Of a stretch of DNA of 64,000 bases, positions 55,186 through 64,000 are shown in pieces. The notes under the pieces were generated by a model. The model saw only the letters and a list, made by a program, of their open reading frames with translations. It searched no databases and was not told the origin of the DNA. The stretch is from contig JAUSNP010000003.1 in NCBI GenBank assembly GCA_030645735.1, positions 27,608 to 91,607 of the forward strand. Reading direction: 5' to 3'. Numbering within the stretch: the first letter of the stretch is position 1; each line of letters begins with the position of its first letter. The position numbers were made by a program, and so were the translations under genes. Source of the stretch: Candidatus Moraniibacteriota bacterium (GTDB lineage Bacteria > Patescibacteriota > Minisyncoccia > Moranbacterales > UBA2206).

Positions 55186-55929
55186 ATGGACAAAGATCTC
55201 ATAAAACTCTTAGAACAAACTGGCTTCACCCAAAAAGAAGCTGCAGTGTATTTGGCGCTTTTGGAGTTGAGCCAAGGCACGGTGACGGAAATCGCCAAGA
55301 TAACCAAATTGAAGCGTTCGATTATATATGTACTTCTGGAAGGATTAATCAAAAGAGGCTATGCCAGTGAATTGCCAGACAAAAAAATCAGCGTCTTTCA
55401 AGCCACTGATCCATCATTGATTTTGTTCCAACTCAAAGCCACGACCAAAAATTTTTCTGAAATGTTACCAATGTTTCGCACTTTGCACAACAAGGGCAAA
55501 CGACGACCTAAAATCACCTATCATGAAACTAAAGAGGGCATTTGGAAAGCTTATGAGTCTTTCAATCTAGCCCCGGAAGCTTTTTTCATTTCCTCCTATG
55601 AAAAAATTGAAAAACATTTTCCTGGCGCTATTGATGGATGGGTGCGTGATTATCACAAAAATCTCATTCCAGTCAAAGGCAAACATCTTGTTCCAAACAA
55701 TCCTTTTGAAATTGCGGTCGCCAAAAAACTTTCTGCCAATGGACAACAAGCGCGCTATCTCTCAGAAATACCAACTTTCAATATGGACTTTTCTCTATGT
55801 GAAAATAAACTAGCTATCACCTCTCTCGAAGATGAGCCATTTATTGTCGTTATCGAATCAGAAGAGTTGGTCAAGTCCATCCGCCCAATTTTTGAAATGG
55901 CGTGGAATAATGGCAAAGAAATCAAATAA
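55186..55929 (+). CDS. TrmB-family HTH transcriptional regulator
   Basis: MDKDLIKLLEQTGFTQKEAAVYLALLELSQGTVTEIAKITKLKRSIIYVLLEGLIKRGY. The ATG at 55186 lies inside the longer GTG-started track ORF. Confidence 0.7.
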   Translation: MDKDLIKLLEQTGFTQKEAAVYLALLELSQGTVTEIAKITKLKRSIIYVLLEGLIKRGYASELPDKKISVFQATDPSLILFQLKATTKNFSEMLPMFRTLHNKGKRRPKITYHETKEGIWKAYESFNLAPEAFFISSYEKIEKHFPGAIDGWVRDYHKNLIPVKGKHLVPNNPFEIAVAKKLSANGQQARYLSEIPTFNMDFSLCENKLAITSLEDEPFIVVIESEELVKSIRPIFEMAWNNGKEIK

Positions 55930-56053
55930 TCTTGAACATAAGCTTTTCAAGTGTTATCATAAATTCACAGATAATGAACTAATTCAAACGAATTTAAGTG
56001 AACATATTAGCTTTAATTAGCTAAAAATTCGCGCTCTATTCGTGAGTATCTAT

Positions 56054-56776
56054 ATGTCAGGACATAATAAATGGTCGGGAATCAAGCACAGAAAGGCTGC
56101 TGTGGACTCAAAACGCGCTCAGAGCTTCACTAAGCATGCCAAATTGATCACGATCGCGGCGCGTGATGGAGGTGGGGATCCGATCACCAATTTTCAGTTG
56201 CGCCTAGCCATCGATCGGGCACGCTTGGACAATATGCCCAAGGACAACATTGATCGCGCAGTTAAGCGTGGGACAGGTGAACTCAAGGATGGCGCTGAGA
56301 TTGTGGAAATCATCTATGAAGGCGTGGGGCCAGGCAATGTCATGATGCTCATCAAAACCACTACTGACAATCGCAATCGAACTGTCAGTGAAGTCAAAAG
56401 CATCTTCACTAAAAATGGTGGCAAACTGGGTGAAATGGGCAGCGCAATGTGGAACTTCAAAAAAGTCGGCAGCATCGGTGTGTCCATAACTGAAGGTGCT
56501 GACCGAGATGCCTTGGAAGAACAAGCCATCGATGCTGGAGCAGATGACCTGCTTTTTGTGGATGACATTTTGGTGGTCTACACTGCGCCAGAAAATTTGA
56601 AAACTGTGCAAGAAAACTTGGAAAAAGCCGGCCTCAAAATCGAAGCGGCTGAAATGGCTTATCTCCCGCAGCAAACAGTCACCCTTTCCCCTGACCAACA
56701 AATCGACTACGAAAAACTTCTCGAAGTCTTGGATGAGCATGATGATGTTCAAGAAATTTTCGATAACATCGCATAA
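56054..56776 (+). CDS. yebC: YebC/PmpR family DNA-binding regulator
   Basis: MSGHNKWSGIKHRKAAVDSKRAQSFTKHAKLITIAARDGGGDP; start at the internal ATG. Confidence 0.9.
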   Translation: MSGHNKWSGIKHRKAAVDSKRAQSFTKHAKLITIAARDGGGDPITNFQLRLAIDRARLDNMPKDNIDRAVKRGTGELKDGAEIVEIIYEGVGPGNVMMLIKTTTDNRNRTVSEVKSIFTKNGGKLGEMGSAMWNFKKVGSIGVSITEGADRDALEEQAIDAGADDLLFVDDILVVYTAPENLKTVQENLEKAGLKIEAAEMAYLPQQTVTLSPDQQIDYEKLLEVLDEHDDVQEIFDNIA

Positions 56777-56782
56777 TATAAA

Positions 56783-57292
56783 ATGACACAAACTAAACCT
56801 CAAACAATTCGTGTTCTCGGAATAGACCCAGGCACTGCAACTGTGGGCTGGGCAGTTATTGAGGAAAACAACGGGATTTTGCTTCCGGTGGCTTTTGGGC
56901 ATATTTCAACAGAGAAACATAATACCGAAGAACATCGATTGGCGGAGATTTCCAAGGATTTAATTAGCATCATAGAAAAGTTTCAACCCCAAGAAGCGGC
57001 TGTGGAGCAACTTTTCTTTTTCAAAAACCAAAAAACGATCATTTCGGTGGGGCAATCTAGAGGCGGAATTCTCTTGACACTCGAGCAAAAAGGTGTTAGG
57101 ATAGCTAACTATACGCCATTGCAAGTGAAGCAGTCTGTGACGGGCTATGGCAAGGCTGAGAAGAAACAAGTGCAACTTATGGTCAAAAATATTTTGAAGC
57201 TCCAAGCCGTGCCCAAACCGGACGACACGGCCGATGCTATTGCTTTGGCAATTTGTCACATCAATAGTCGCAAAATTTCCAGTCTCATCTAA
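56783..57292 (+). CDS. ruvC: Holliday junction resolvase RuvC
   Basis: IRVLGIDPGTATVGWAVIE and ...DTADAIALAICH catalytic residues, 169 aa. Confidence 0.9.
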   Translation: MTQTKPQTIRVLGIDPGTATVGWAVIEENNGILLPVAFGHISTEKHNTEEHRLAEISKDLISIIEKFQPQEAAVEQLFFFKNQKTIISVGQSRGGILLTLEQKGVRIANYTPLQVKQSVTGYGKAEKKQVQLMVKNILKLQAVPKPDDTADAIALAICHINSRKISSLI

Positions 57293-57318
57293 TTTGTAAA
57301 TAATAAGTAGAAAACATT

Positions 57319-57975
57319 ATGGAATTAAACATTAGCCCAATAATTCATTTTTTTACTAACGAGGGCGTGCCAATCGAAACAATTATTTTACTTTTGATGT
57401 TACCAATCATCGCCACTTTCATCGCTTTCTTGCGACAAGTGGTTGGAATCAAGGCTTTCGGCATCTACACACCGCTTATTATAACCTTCGCTTTTTTGGC
57501 CACCAATGGCTTGCGCTATGGCGTAGCAATTTTTTTGGCGGTTATTTTTATCGGCATGCTTATGCGTTTTGTGATGAAGCCTTTTCGTTTGCTCTATCTG
57601 CCACGCGTAGCTATTATGCTCACCATTGTTTCCCTAACAATCTTAGTGATGCTAGTTTTAGGTGGCAATCAAAGACGCACGGGACTGGCATCAGTTTCTA
57701 TTTTTCCAATCTTGATTATGATTACACTCGTAGAAAAATTTGTAGCTGTGCAAATCGAGAAGGGCAACAAGACAGCTCTGATTTTGGCTTTTGAAACTTT
57801 GATCATTTCTATCTTCGGTTTCTACATCGCGAGTTGGAAACCACTTATTGAAATCCTGATTGGTTACCCATGGCTTATTCTATTGACTATTCCAATGAAT
57901 ATTGTAATCGGCAAATGGACAGGACTCCGCATCAGTGAATATTTCCGCTTCAGACACATAATCAAACAACTCTAA
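57319..57975 (+). CDS. Seven-TM membrane protein (resembles the 7TM module of 7TM-transglutaminase partners of ATP-grasp systems but lacks the soluble domain)
   Basis: Seven hydrophobic helices in 218 aa. First gene of the ATP-grasp operon. Confidence 0.55.
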   Translation: MELNISPIIHFFTNEGVPIETIILLLMLPIIATFIAFLRQVVGIKAFGIYTPLIITFAFLATNGLRYGVAIFLAVIFIGMLMRFVMKPFRLLYLPRVAIMLTIVSLTILVMLVLGGNQRRTGLASVSIFPILIMITLVEKFVAVQIEKGNKTALILAFETLIISIFGFYIASWKPLIEILIGYPWLILLTIPMNIVIGKWTGLRISEYFRFRHIIKQL

Positions 57976-58080
57976 TCGTGTAACGCAAAACGTGGATCGC
58001 AAAACGCACATCTCCATGACGCAAAGCAAAAAACTGCGTTATGCGATATGCGTTCTACGATTTGCGAATATTCTATGTTT
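57975..58080. repeat. Repeat block related to 43441..43545 (inverted copy aacgcaaaacgtggatcgcaaaacgc plus direct tgcgttatgcgatat), at the boundary between the 7TM gene and the ATP-grasp fusion gene
   Basis: gcgttttgcgatccacgttttgcgtt (the reverse complement here) matches gcgttttgcgttccacgttttgcgtt in tsaE. tgcgttatgcgatat is shared in direct orientation. Confidence 0.7.
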
Positions 58081-59478
58081 GAATTTTTCAAAAACAGTCG
58101 CAAGCTTTTAGGCATGAACTCAAGAAATCTTGAGTTCATTCGGCCGTTCAATCGCGCCAAGGCCAAACGATTGGCGGACAACAAAATGCGCAGTAAGCGT
58201 GTGCTGAAAAAGAATGGCATTTCTGTTTCCAAACTGATTGCCACCATCAAAACAATTGAGGACTTGGAAAATTTTGATTGGCAAAAGTTGCCCAATAGCT
58301 TTGCCTTGAAACCTAATCGCGGTTTTGGTGGTGAAGGAATTGTTGTCGTCTATGGCAAGAAAAAGGGCCGCGATGATGCCTGGGTCAAAGCTGATCGCTC
58401 CCTCATCACCATTGAAGATTTAGTTAGTCACATTCGCAACATTTTGGACGGTTCTTTTTCACTTTCCAACACGCCTGACTTTGCTTTTTTTGAAGAACGC
58501 TTACAACTTTTGAAGTTATTCAAGCCCTATTCATATAAAGGTATTCCTGATATTCGCGTGATTGTTTTCAACAAAATTCCTGTGATGGCCATGTTGCGCT
58601 TGCCTACTAAAGAATCCGGTGGCAAGGCCAACTTGCATCAAGGCGCTATCGGGGTGGGTATCGACTTAGCTACTGGCGTAACAACCACCGCTATTCAAAA
58701 CAATCGCCTGATTGAAAAAATTCCTGGTACGCAACTTTCTACCAGTGGTTTGCGTATTCCCTATTGGAAGGATATTTTATTTTTAGCCACCAAGGCGCAA
58801 GAAATTTCTGGGCTAGGTTATCTGGGGGCTGACATCGCCATCGACAAAGAAAACGGTCCAACCATTTTGGAACTCAATGCCCGCCCAGGACTCGCCATTC
58901 AAGTGGCTAATTTGGCAGGTCTTGCGGAAAGACTCAAAAGAGTTTCTGGGATCAAGATAAAAACCGTCGAAAAAGGCGTACGCGTGGGCATGGATCTTTT
59001 TGGTGGAGAAATTGAAGAAGAACTAGAGGAAATTTCTGGTCGGAAAGTCATTGGCACAGTGGAAAAAGTGAAAATTACTGGTAAAAATGGCAAGGAAGTT
59101 GAGGTTGAAGCTAGAATAGATACTGGCGCCGGCATATCCGCCATCAGCAAAGAATTGGCCATCGAACTAGGCTTTGACGAAGCAGTTCGTTATTGGGAGG
59201 AATTTAATCTGGACAAGGTTCTCTCTGAAGAAGAAATACAAAAACTTAGCGCCAACAAAACTTGGAAGGAATTAGAAAAACATCCTGATATTGTGGGCGT
59301 CGCAAAAACATATTCCGCTCATGGCGCAACTTATCGAATAGAAATCAAAGTTTCATTATTAATAGATAATCTGGCTGTCCTATCAAAACTGTCCATTTCC
59401 AACAGAAGTGGTCTTGCCTATCCAATTCTTATCGGCCGCAGAGATCTGAATAAGTTTTTAATAGATGTAAAAAAATGA
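58048..59478 (+). CDS. ATP-grasp ligase (alpha-L-glutamate-ligase-like / ATPgrasp_ST type) fused to a C-terminal retropepsin-like aspartyl-protease (DUF785 / 'ATP-dependent zinc protease'-type) domain
   Basis: N-terminal GMNSRNLEFIRPFNRAKAKRLADNKMRSKRVLKKNGISVSKL, then an ATP-grasp core (GGEGIVVVYGKK..., ...LGYLGADIAIDKENGPTILELNARPGL). C-terminal EVEARIDTGAGISAISKELAIELGF carries the D-T-G-A signature. The true start is probably downstream (58078 or 58114), because the annotated start lies inside a repeat element. Confidence 0.6.
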   Translation: MRSTICEYSMFEFFKNSRKLLGMNSRNLEFIRPFNRAKAKRLADNKMRSKRVLKKNGISVSKLIATIKTIEDLENFDWQKLPNSFALKPNRGFGGEGIVVVYGKKKGRDDAWVKADRSLITIEDLVSHIRNILDGSFSLSNTPDFAFFEERLQLLKLFKPYSYKGIPDIRVIVFNKIPVMAMLRLPTKESGGKANLHQGAIGVGIDLATGVTTTAIQNNRLIEKIPGTQLSTSGLRIPYWKDILFLATKAQEISGLGYLGADIAIDKENGPTILELNARPGLAIQVANLAGLAERLKRVSGIKIKTVEKGVRVGMDLFGGEIEEELEEISGRKVIGTVEKVKITGKNGKEVEVEARIDTGAGISAISKELAIELGFDEAVRYWEEFNLDKVLSEEEIQKLSANKTWKELEKHPDIVGVAKTYSAHGATYRIEIKVSLLIDNLAVLSKLSISNRSGLAYPILIGRRDLNKFLIDVKK

Positions 59479-60452
59479 TAAAAAATCCGCCACTAATTAA
59501 AAAGATTGTCGAAGAAATGGGTGGGACTTTTGAAGAGGTCGTTCCCGAACGCGGTTGCTATTATATTCATGTGAAAGGCAAGGTTTTTATGATTACCCGA
59601 AAATTTAGAATTGCTAAAAATTTCATTAGTGTTGCTGGAGCAACTGCTTACAAAGATTTAACCTATACTTTGCTCAAGCGGCAGTCCCTTCCTACGCCTA
59701 CTACAGTTTTTTTCTTTAGAAAAAATTTCAAACCAGCAGACATTAAAAACAAATTGTTGGATATGCAATTTCCAATAATTATTAAGGATTCCGCTGGTTC
59801 AAATAGCCAGGGTATTTTTCCATATATAAAAAATTTAAAGGAAGCTCAATCTATTATAAACAAAGAGATTTTGAATTTCAGATCACTCATCGCCCAAGAA
59901 ATGATTTTTGGCAAAGAATATCGCATTTTAATTTTGGACGACAAAGTTATCGGGGCATTAGAAATGATCCCGCCACGAGTTTTTGGTGATGGAAAATCTA
60001 CAATTGCGCAACTAATCGCAGAAAAGCAAAAACATACTCATCGCAAGACGCCTATCGATCCGGCTCTAAAAATAATCCTGCAAGAACAAGGCTTTTCCCT
60101 TGATTCTGTTCTAGCTGCTAATGAGATTGTCTCAATCAAAAAAAGTTCTTCTCTGGCAGAGGGCGGGGAAACTCGCGATGTCACCGAACTAGTTAATAAA
60201 AAAATTGTTGCTATTTGCGCGCAAGCGTCTGACGCTATTGGCGATTATCTAGCTGGTATTGATATAATCTGCGAAGACATTTCAAAAAATCCAACCACGC
60301 AAACATTCGGCATTTTAGAAATAAACGGCAAGCCTGATATTTATATTCACTACAACCCAACTTTTGGAAAATCTAGAAATGTCATAAAGGACATCATAAA
60401 TTTTATTCTGAAATTGAGCACCACACAAAAAAGTGCCCTATCAAAAAAATAA
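59475..60452 (+). CDS. ATP-grasp ligase, cyanophycin-synthetase-N-terminal-like
   Basis: EYRILILDDKVIGALEMIPPRVFGDGKSTIAQLIAEKQ resembles the CphA/Mur-associated ATP-grasp core. C-terminal GIDIICEDI...GILEINGKPDI. The start overlaps the upstream stop (ATGA). Confidence 0.55.
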   Translation: MIKNPPLIKKIVEEMGGTFEEVVPERGCYYIHVKGKVFMITRKFRIAKNFISVAGATAYKDLTYTLLKRQSLPTPTTVFFFRKNFKPADIKNKLLDMQFPIIIKDSAGSNSQGIFPYIKNLKEAQSIINKEILNFRSLIAQEMIFGKEYRILILDDKVIGALEMIPPRVFGDGKSTIAQLIAEKQKHTHRKTPIDPALKIILQEQGFSLDSVLAANEIVSIKKSSSLAEGGETRDVTELVNKKIVAICAQASDAIGDYLAGIDIICEDISKNPTTQTFGILEINGKPDIYIHYNPTFGKSRNVIKDIINFILKLSTTQKSALSKK

Positions 60453-60455
60453 CCT

Positions 60456-61379
60456 ATGAAAAAGATTCTGCTAATTGGCATTGGGGAAGAAAATAGCCCC
60501 AAACAATATCTTCCGCCTGCCTTTAAAAAAAATGCAATGCCTTTTATCTATGCAAAGTGGTCAGACTTATCTTTTCAAGGAAAAGATGTTTTCGTTGGAC
60601 AAATCAAGCTTGACTTCAAAAATATAAAGACTGTTATTTTTGATATTTTTCGCTTTCCTATTATAAAAAAGGTGAGCAAGCAAGCCTTTAACTATAATTT
60701 GGAGAACGAGTTTAATATTTTGCTTAATATTCTAAAAGAAAAAGGAATTTACACGCCTAACCATACATTCTTTTTGCAATACCCTTTTTATAATAAATTC
60801 TCACAGATGCACATATTTGCTAGCAAAAAAATCCCCACTATTTCAACCTTGCACCTGTGCGATAACAAAAAAAACAAAGTCCTTAGTTTGCTCAAAAAAC
60901 AATCCATACCCTTTCCCTTAGTCGCCAAAGAAAGTTATGGAGGTGGCGGAAATAATGTTTGGAAAATATCCAATAAAAAAGCGTTGGAAAGTTTTATTGA
61001 AAATCGCAGGAATATCAATACTGTATTCCAGCCTTATATAAAAAATGATGCTGATTATAGAGCTATTGTGATAAATGGGGAATGTATTGGGCTAATGAAA
61101 AGAAGCGCCCAGAAGGGTCAGTGGAAAAACAATTTTTCGCTCGGTGGAAAAGTACAAAAATATATCGATCCCAAGATGAGTCGTTTTGCCGTCAATGTTT
61201 GCAAGAAAATGGGGCTTGAAATGGTGGGGTTAGATATTCTCGCCACCAAAAATGGGTTTGTGATAATTGAGGCTAATTTATTTTTTGGCCTTGATGGATT
61301 TCAATCAGTCCATCCAGAAATAAATATAGCCGAAAAAATAATAAAATTAATTTCAACTAAAAACATATGCAAAAAGTGA
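60456..61379 (+). CDS. RimK-like ATP-grasp ligase
   Basis: FPLVAKESYGGGGNNVWKI, DYRAIVINGECIGLMKRSAQKGQWKNNFSLGGK, MVGLDILATKNGFVIIEANLFFGLDG. Confidence 0.6.
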   Translation: MKKILLIGIGEENSPKQYLPPAFKKNAMPFIYAKWSDLSFQGKDVFVGQIKLDFKNIKTVIFDIFRFPIIKKVSKQAFNYNLENEFNILLNILKEKGIYTPNHTFFLQYPFYNKFSQMHIFASKKIPTISTLHLCDNKKNKVLSLLKKQSIPFPLVAKESYGGGGNNVWKISNKKALESFIENRRNINTVFQPYIKNDADYRAIVINGECIGLMKRSAQKGQWKNNFSLGGKVQKYIDPKMSRFAVNVCKKMGLEMVGLDILATKNGFVIIEANLFFGLDGFQSVHPEINIAEKIIKLISTKNICKK

Positions 61380-62323
61380 TGATTCTCTTCGGCAAAAGCG
61401 ACTGGCGCAAGGCCAAGCCGTTTGCTAATAAGGACTACCAGTATTCTTATGAATACTTCTATTCTTTGTGTAAAAAAAACAACATTCAGATGTATCGAGC
61501 CTCCTACCAATGGTACGACCACACAAACAATCTTTTCAAATATGCTTGGCTCTATGAAGGAGAGGGTGGCAAGTGGAAGAAAGTTAAAAATATAAAACCC
61601 GCCTTAGTTTATGACAAAACCAAGGCTCGCATGGAAGTCTACCACATCAAGGAATTGATAGGCCAAAATTATCCATTCATAAATGATCAGATTTTTACAA
61701 GATTAATTGATGATAAATTCACTACTAGTTTAATTTTTGAAAAATGGAGTAAAAAAAATTGGCTGATACAAAATCATGCTGACTTGAAAAAAACTCTCCC
61801 AAAAATAACAACTAGTAAAGTCGTGCTAAAGCCACTGATGGAAAGCGGCGGCAAAGGCGTTCAGGTTTTGAACAAAAAAGACGCTGCGAGCAAGGCTCAG
61901 ATTGAGGGGGTGAGTTTGATTCAGGATTTCATCGATTCATCCAACGGCGTTCCGGGCGTAAGCACGGCCATGCATGATTTGCGCGTTGTTATGATCAATG
62001 AAAAAATTATCTATGCCTACATCAGAGAGCCTCAGGCGGGCAGTTACCTGGCTAATTTGGCTCAAGGCGGATCCCTGAAAATTGTACCTAAAGAAAAATT
62101 GCCAAAAGCCCTTTTGCCTATTATAAATTTCGCTAACAACGCTCTCGCCTCGTTTAACCCTAGAATTTTTTCCATCGATTTTATGTTTGATGAAAATAAA
62201 AAACCTTGGGTAGTAGAATTGAATTCTATGCCAGGCCTGTTTTTTACTCCAGAAGAAAAGCCCTATATGCTAGAAATGTATGCTGAGCTACTCCAGGTTT
62301 TTAAAACTGCTTTAAAAAAATAA
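61367..62323 (+). CDS. RimK-like ATP-grasp ligase
   Basis: VVLKPLMESGGKGVQVL, HDLRVVMINEKIIYAYIREPQAGSYLANLAQGGS, IFSIDFMFDENKKPWVVELNSMPGLFF. Overlaps the upstream gene by 13 nt. Confidence 0.55.
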   Translation: MQKVMILFGKSDWRKAKPFANKDYQYSYEYFYSLCKKNNIQMYRASYQWYDHTNNLFKYAWLYEGEGGKWKKVKNIKPALVYDKTKARMEVYHIKELIGQNYPFINDQIFTRLIDDKFTTSLIFEKWSKKNWLIQNHADLKKTLPKITTSKVVLKPLMESGGKGVQVLNKKDAASKAQIEGVSLIQDFIDSSNGVPGVSTAMHDLRVVMINEKIIYAYIREPQAGSYLANLAQGGSLKIVPKEKLPKALLPIINFANNALASFNPRIFSIDFMFDENKKPWVVELNSMPGLFFTPEEKPYMLEMYAELLQVFKTALKK

Positions 62324-62334
62324 TTTGATCCTTT

Positions 62335-63219
62335 ATGCGTATCTGCGTGATTACCGACTCTGCCTCGTCTTATGCCTCAAAAAGATTTCTAGCCGAATCC
62401 CTTCTGTTAAATATTGATCTGACTTTTGTTTCTTGGAAAGACATCTTCTTCAATGGAGAAAGCGGAGATGTTTTTTTTGATACGGATTCGCAAATTTCCA
62501 TAAAAAAATTTGATGCCGTAGTGTTGCGCAGTTCACTCGCTTCCATAACCCCGCAATCGCTGCTTGTTGAATATTGCCAGAGCCAAAAGATTCCACTTCT
62601 CAACGACATTTTTTATTCAAGATACCAGAGCACCAACAAATTGCGCCAGCAAATGCTGTTCTCATCTAAAAATATCCCTTGTCTAAAAACAATTTATAGC
62701 GAAACTGCTCCGTTTAGTTATCTAAAAAAATCTCTTGGCCTGCCTTTTGTCGCAAAAATGGCCAGTGGCAGCCTAGGAAAACAAGTATTTAAAATATGCT
62801 CAGAATCTGAATTTGAATTATTCATAAAAAACCGGAAAAGAGACCGCAAATTATATATTTTTCAAAAATTTTATAAGAACACTGGGGATTATAGGATGTT
62901 TATTATCGGCAAAGAAATTTTTGGCCCCGTTAAACGAATTGCCAAAAAAGGTGAATGGATAACAAACCTAGCTGGCTCGACACATGCACGAGCGCCGAAA
63001 AATAAAAAAACAACTACTTTGGTTGAGGATCTCGCTAAGAAAATAGGCTTAGAATTTGGAGGTATTGACGTTCTTATTGATTCAAAGGGCGTAGCGCGCA
63101 TTATTGAGATAAACACCATGGCCCAATTTAAAGTTTTTGAATCGGTTTTTCCTGAAATAAATATTGCCCAAAAAACCTTATTATTGTTAAAATCTAGGTT
63201 GCGCGCTTCTGGCAAATAA
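62335..63219 (+). CDS. RimK-like ATP-grasp ligase
   Basis: LPFVAKMASGSLGKQVFKI, DYRMFIIGKEIFGPVKRIAKKGEWITNLAGSTHA, GGIDVLIDSKGVARIIEINTMAQF. Confidence 0.6.
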   Translation: MRICVITDSASSYASKRFLAESLLLNIDLTFVSWKDIFFNGESGDVFFDTDSQISIKKFDAVVLRSSLASITPQSLLVEYCQSQKIPLLNDIFYSRYQSTNKLRQQMLFSSKNIPCLKTIYSETAPFSYLKKSLGLPFVAKMASGSLGKQVFKICSESEFELFIKNRKRDRKLYIFQKFYKNTGDYRMFIIGKEIFGPVKRIAKKGEWITNLAGSTHARAPKNKKTTTLVEDLAKKIGLEFGGIDVLIDSKGVARIIEINTMAQFKVFESVFPEINIAQKTLLLLKSRLRASGK

Positions 63220-63340
63220 ACTCTCTCTTAACACTTGATAAATAACCCAAAATATTATAAAATAGTAACTATCTTTGCAAGAAATCTTGCAAAATTTAAA
63301 AAGGCTTTGATCAGCCCTATTAAGCAATAATATCTATTTT

Positions 63341-64000
63341 ATGAAACATGTTTTTATCGCCTTCAAGGACTTCAAAAGTGCTTCTACGCAAGACCGCTGG
63401 AAGATGATTCGCCAATGGTCACTCTACGTGGCCGGTGTTTTTGTCATTCTTACGATTGGAGTTTTTGCCTATTTTGCCAAAGATTTGCCGGATGCCAGCG
63501 GTGTCAGCAAGCGAGCGATGGTGGAGTCAACCAAGATTTATGACCGCACTGGTGATCATTTGCTCTATGATATTCATGGCGAAGAAAAGCGCACCCAGAT
63601 CCAGTTCAAGGATATGCCCGATACCATCAAATTTGCCACCATCTCACTGGAAGACCAAAATTTCTATTCTCACCCTGGCTTTGATGTGAAGGGCTTACTC
63701 AATGCCGTTATCTCAAATGTTTTGCAAAGTGGTGGTGGCCGAGGAGGATCTACTATAACTCAACAATTTGTTAAAAATTCCATCCTGACTGGTGAGCGAT
63801 CAATGTCACGTAAAATCAAAGAATTAATCCTAGCTATTGAGTTGGAATTTAAATTCTCTAAAGATGAGATTTTGGGCATGTACCTCAATGAAATCCCGTA
63901 TGGCTCCAATGCCTATGGGATTGAGGCGGCGGCGCAAACTTTTTTCGGCAAACATGCTTCGCAACTAACGCTAGATGAATCAGCTCTTTTGGCGTCCCTG
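63341..64000 (+). CDS. Class A penicillin-binding protein, N-terminal transglycosylase domain (partial; runs off the window end)
   Basis: N-terminal TM, then GT51 motifs ISLEDQNFYSHPGFD, RGGSTITQQFVKN, KIKELILAIELE, ILGMYLNEIPYG. Confidence 0.8.
   Translation, partial: MKHVFIAFKDFKSASTQDRWKMIRQWSLYVAGVFVILTIGVFAYFAKDLPDASGVSKRAMVESTKIYDRTGDHLLYDIHGEEKRTQIQFKDMPDTIKFATISLEDQNFYSHPGFDVKGLLNAVISNVLQSGGGRGGSTITQQFVKNSILTGERSMSRKIKELILAIELEFKFSKDEILGMYLNEIPYGSNAYGIEAAAQTFFGKHASQLTLDESALLASL

Overview
The window is a low-GC (roughly 35-40% by eye) bacterial chromosomal segment, densely coding on both strands and mostly housekeeping. Genes I recognise: dnaG-rpoD, polA, ruvA, ruvB, yebC-ruvC, pyk, fpg/mutM, holA, rpsT, cspA, htpX, uppP, lemA, tsaE, an ABC-F ATPase, a murE-like Mur ligase, a femAB-like gene, a cyclophilin, a CDF transporter, and a tandem-fused gspE/pilB ATPase. 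There are two tRNAs, Asn-GTT and Ser-GGA. I found no rRNA, CRISPR array, transposase or integrase.

The gene content looks like a small Patescibacteria/CPR-type genome, but that is an inference. The supporting points are three TrmB-like HTH regulators, a lamin-tail-domain/PKD surface protein, a DUF3048 protein, two free-standing four-helix-bundle 'IVS-type' proteins, many tiny membrane proteins, and frequent absence of Shine-Dalgarno (SD) sites.

The main things worth a second look are:
- A six-gene operon at 57.3-63.2 kb that encodes a 7-TM protein, an ATP-grasp::retropepsin-like fusion and four more ATP-grasp ligases, ending next to a class A PBP gene. This is my best candidate for a novel peptide-building or peptide-modifying system.
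- A ~47-bp GC-rich palindromic element inserted in-frame in both femAB-like and polA, behaving like a Rickettsia-palindromic-element-type selfish repeat.
- A ~1-kb GC-rich pyrF cassette bounded by a 30-bp direct repeat of the tRNA-Asn 3' end.
- Three dinD/Bro-N-like paralogues, each preceded by the same 15-bp palindromic operator. One of them is bracketed by direct repeats and by large TTCCGGAA-core palindromes.
- 7-bp-unit tandem repeats embedded in-frame in the Mur ligase, fpg and tsaE genes, plus a related repeat shared between tsaE and the ATP-grasp operon.
- A nested 20/16-bp inverted repeat, a GC-rich hairpin cluster in front of a GIY-YIG gene, and a dispersed AGTCTAAAG/CTTTAGACT motif family.

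My coordinates inside homopolymer runs may be off by about 1 nt. At one locus (20330-20551) my reading of the printed sequence and the ORF track disagreed by a single A.
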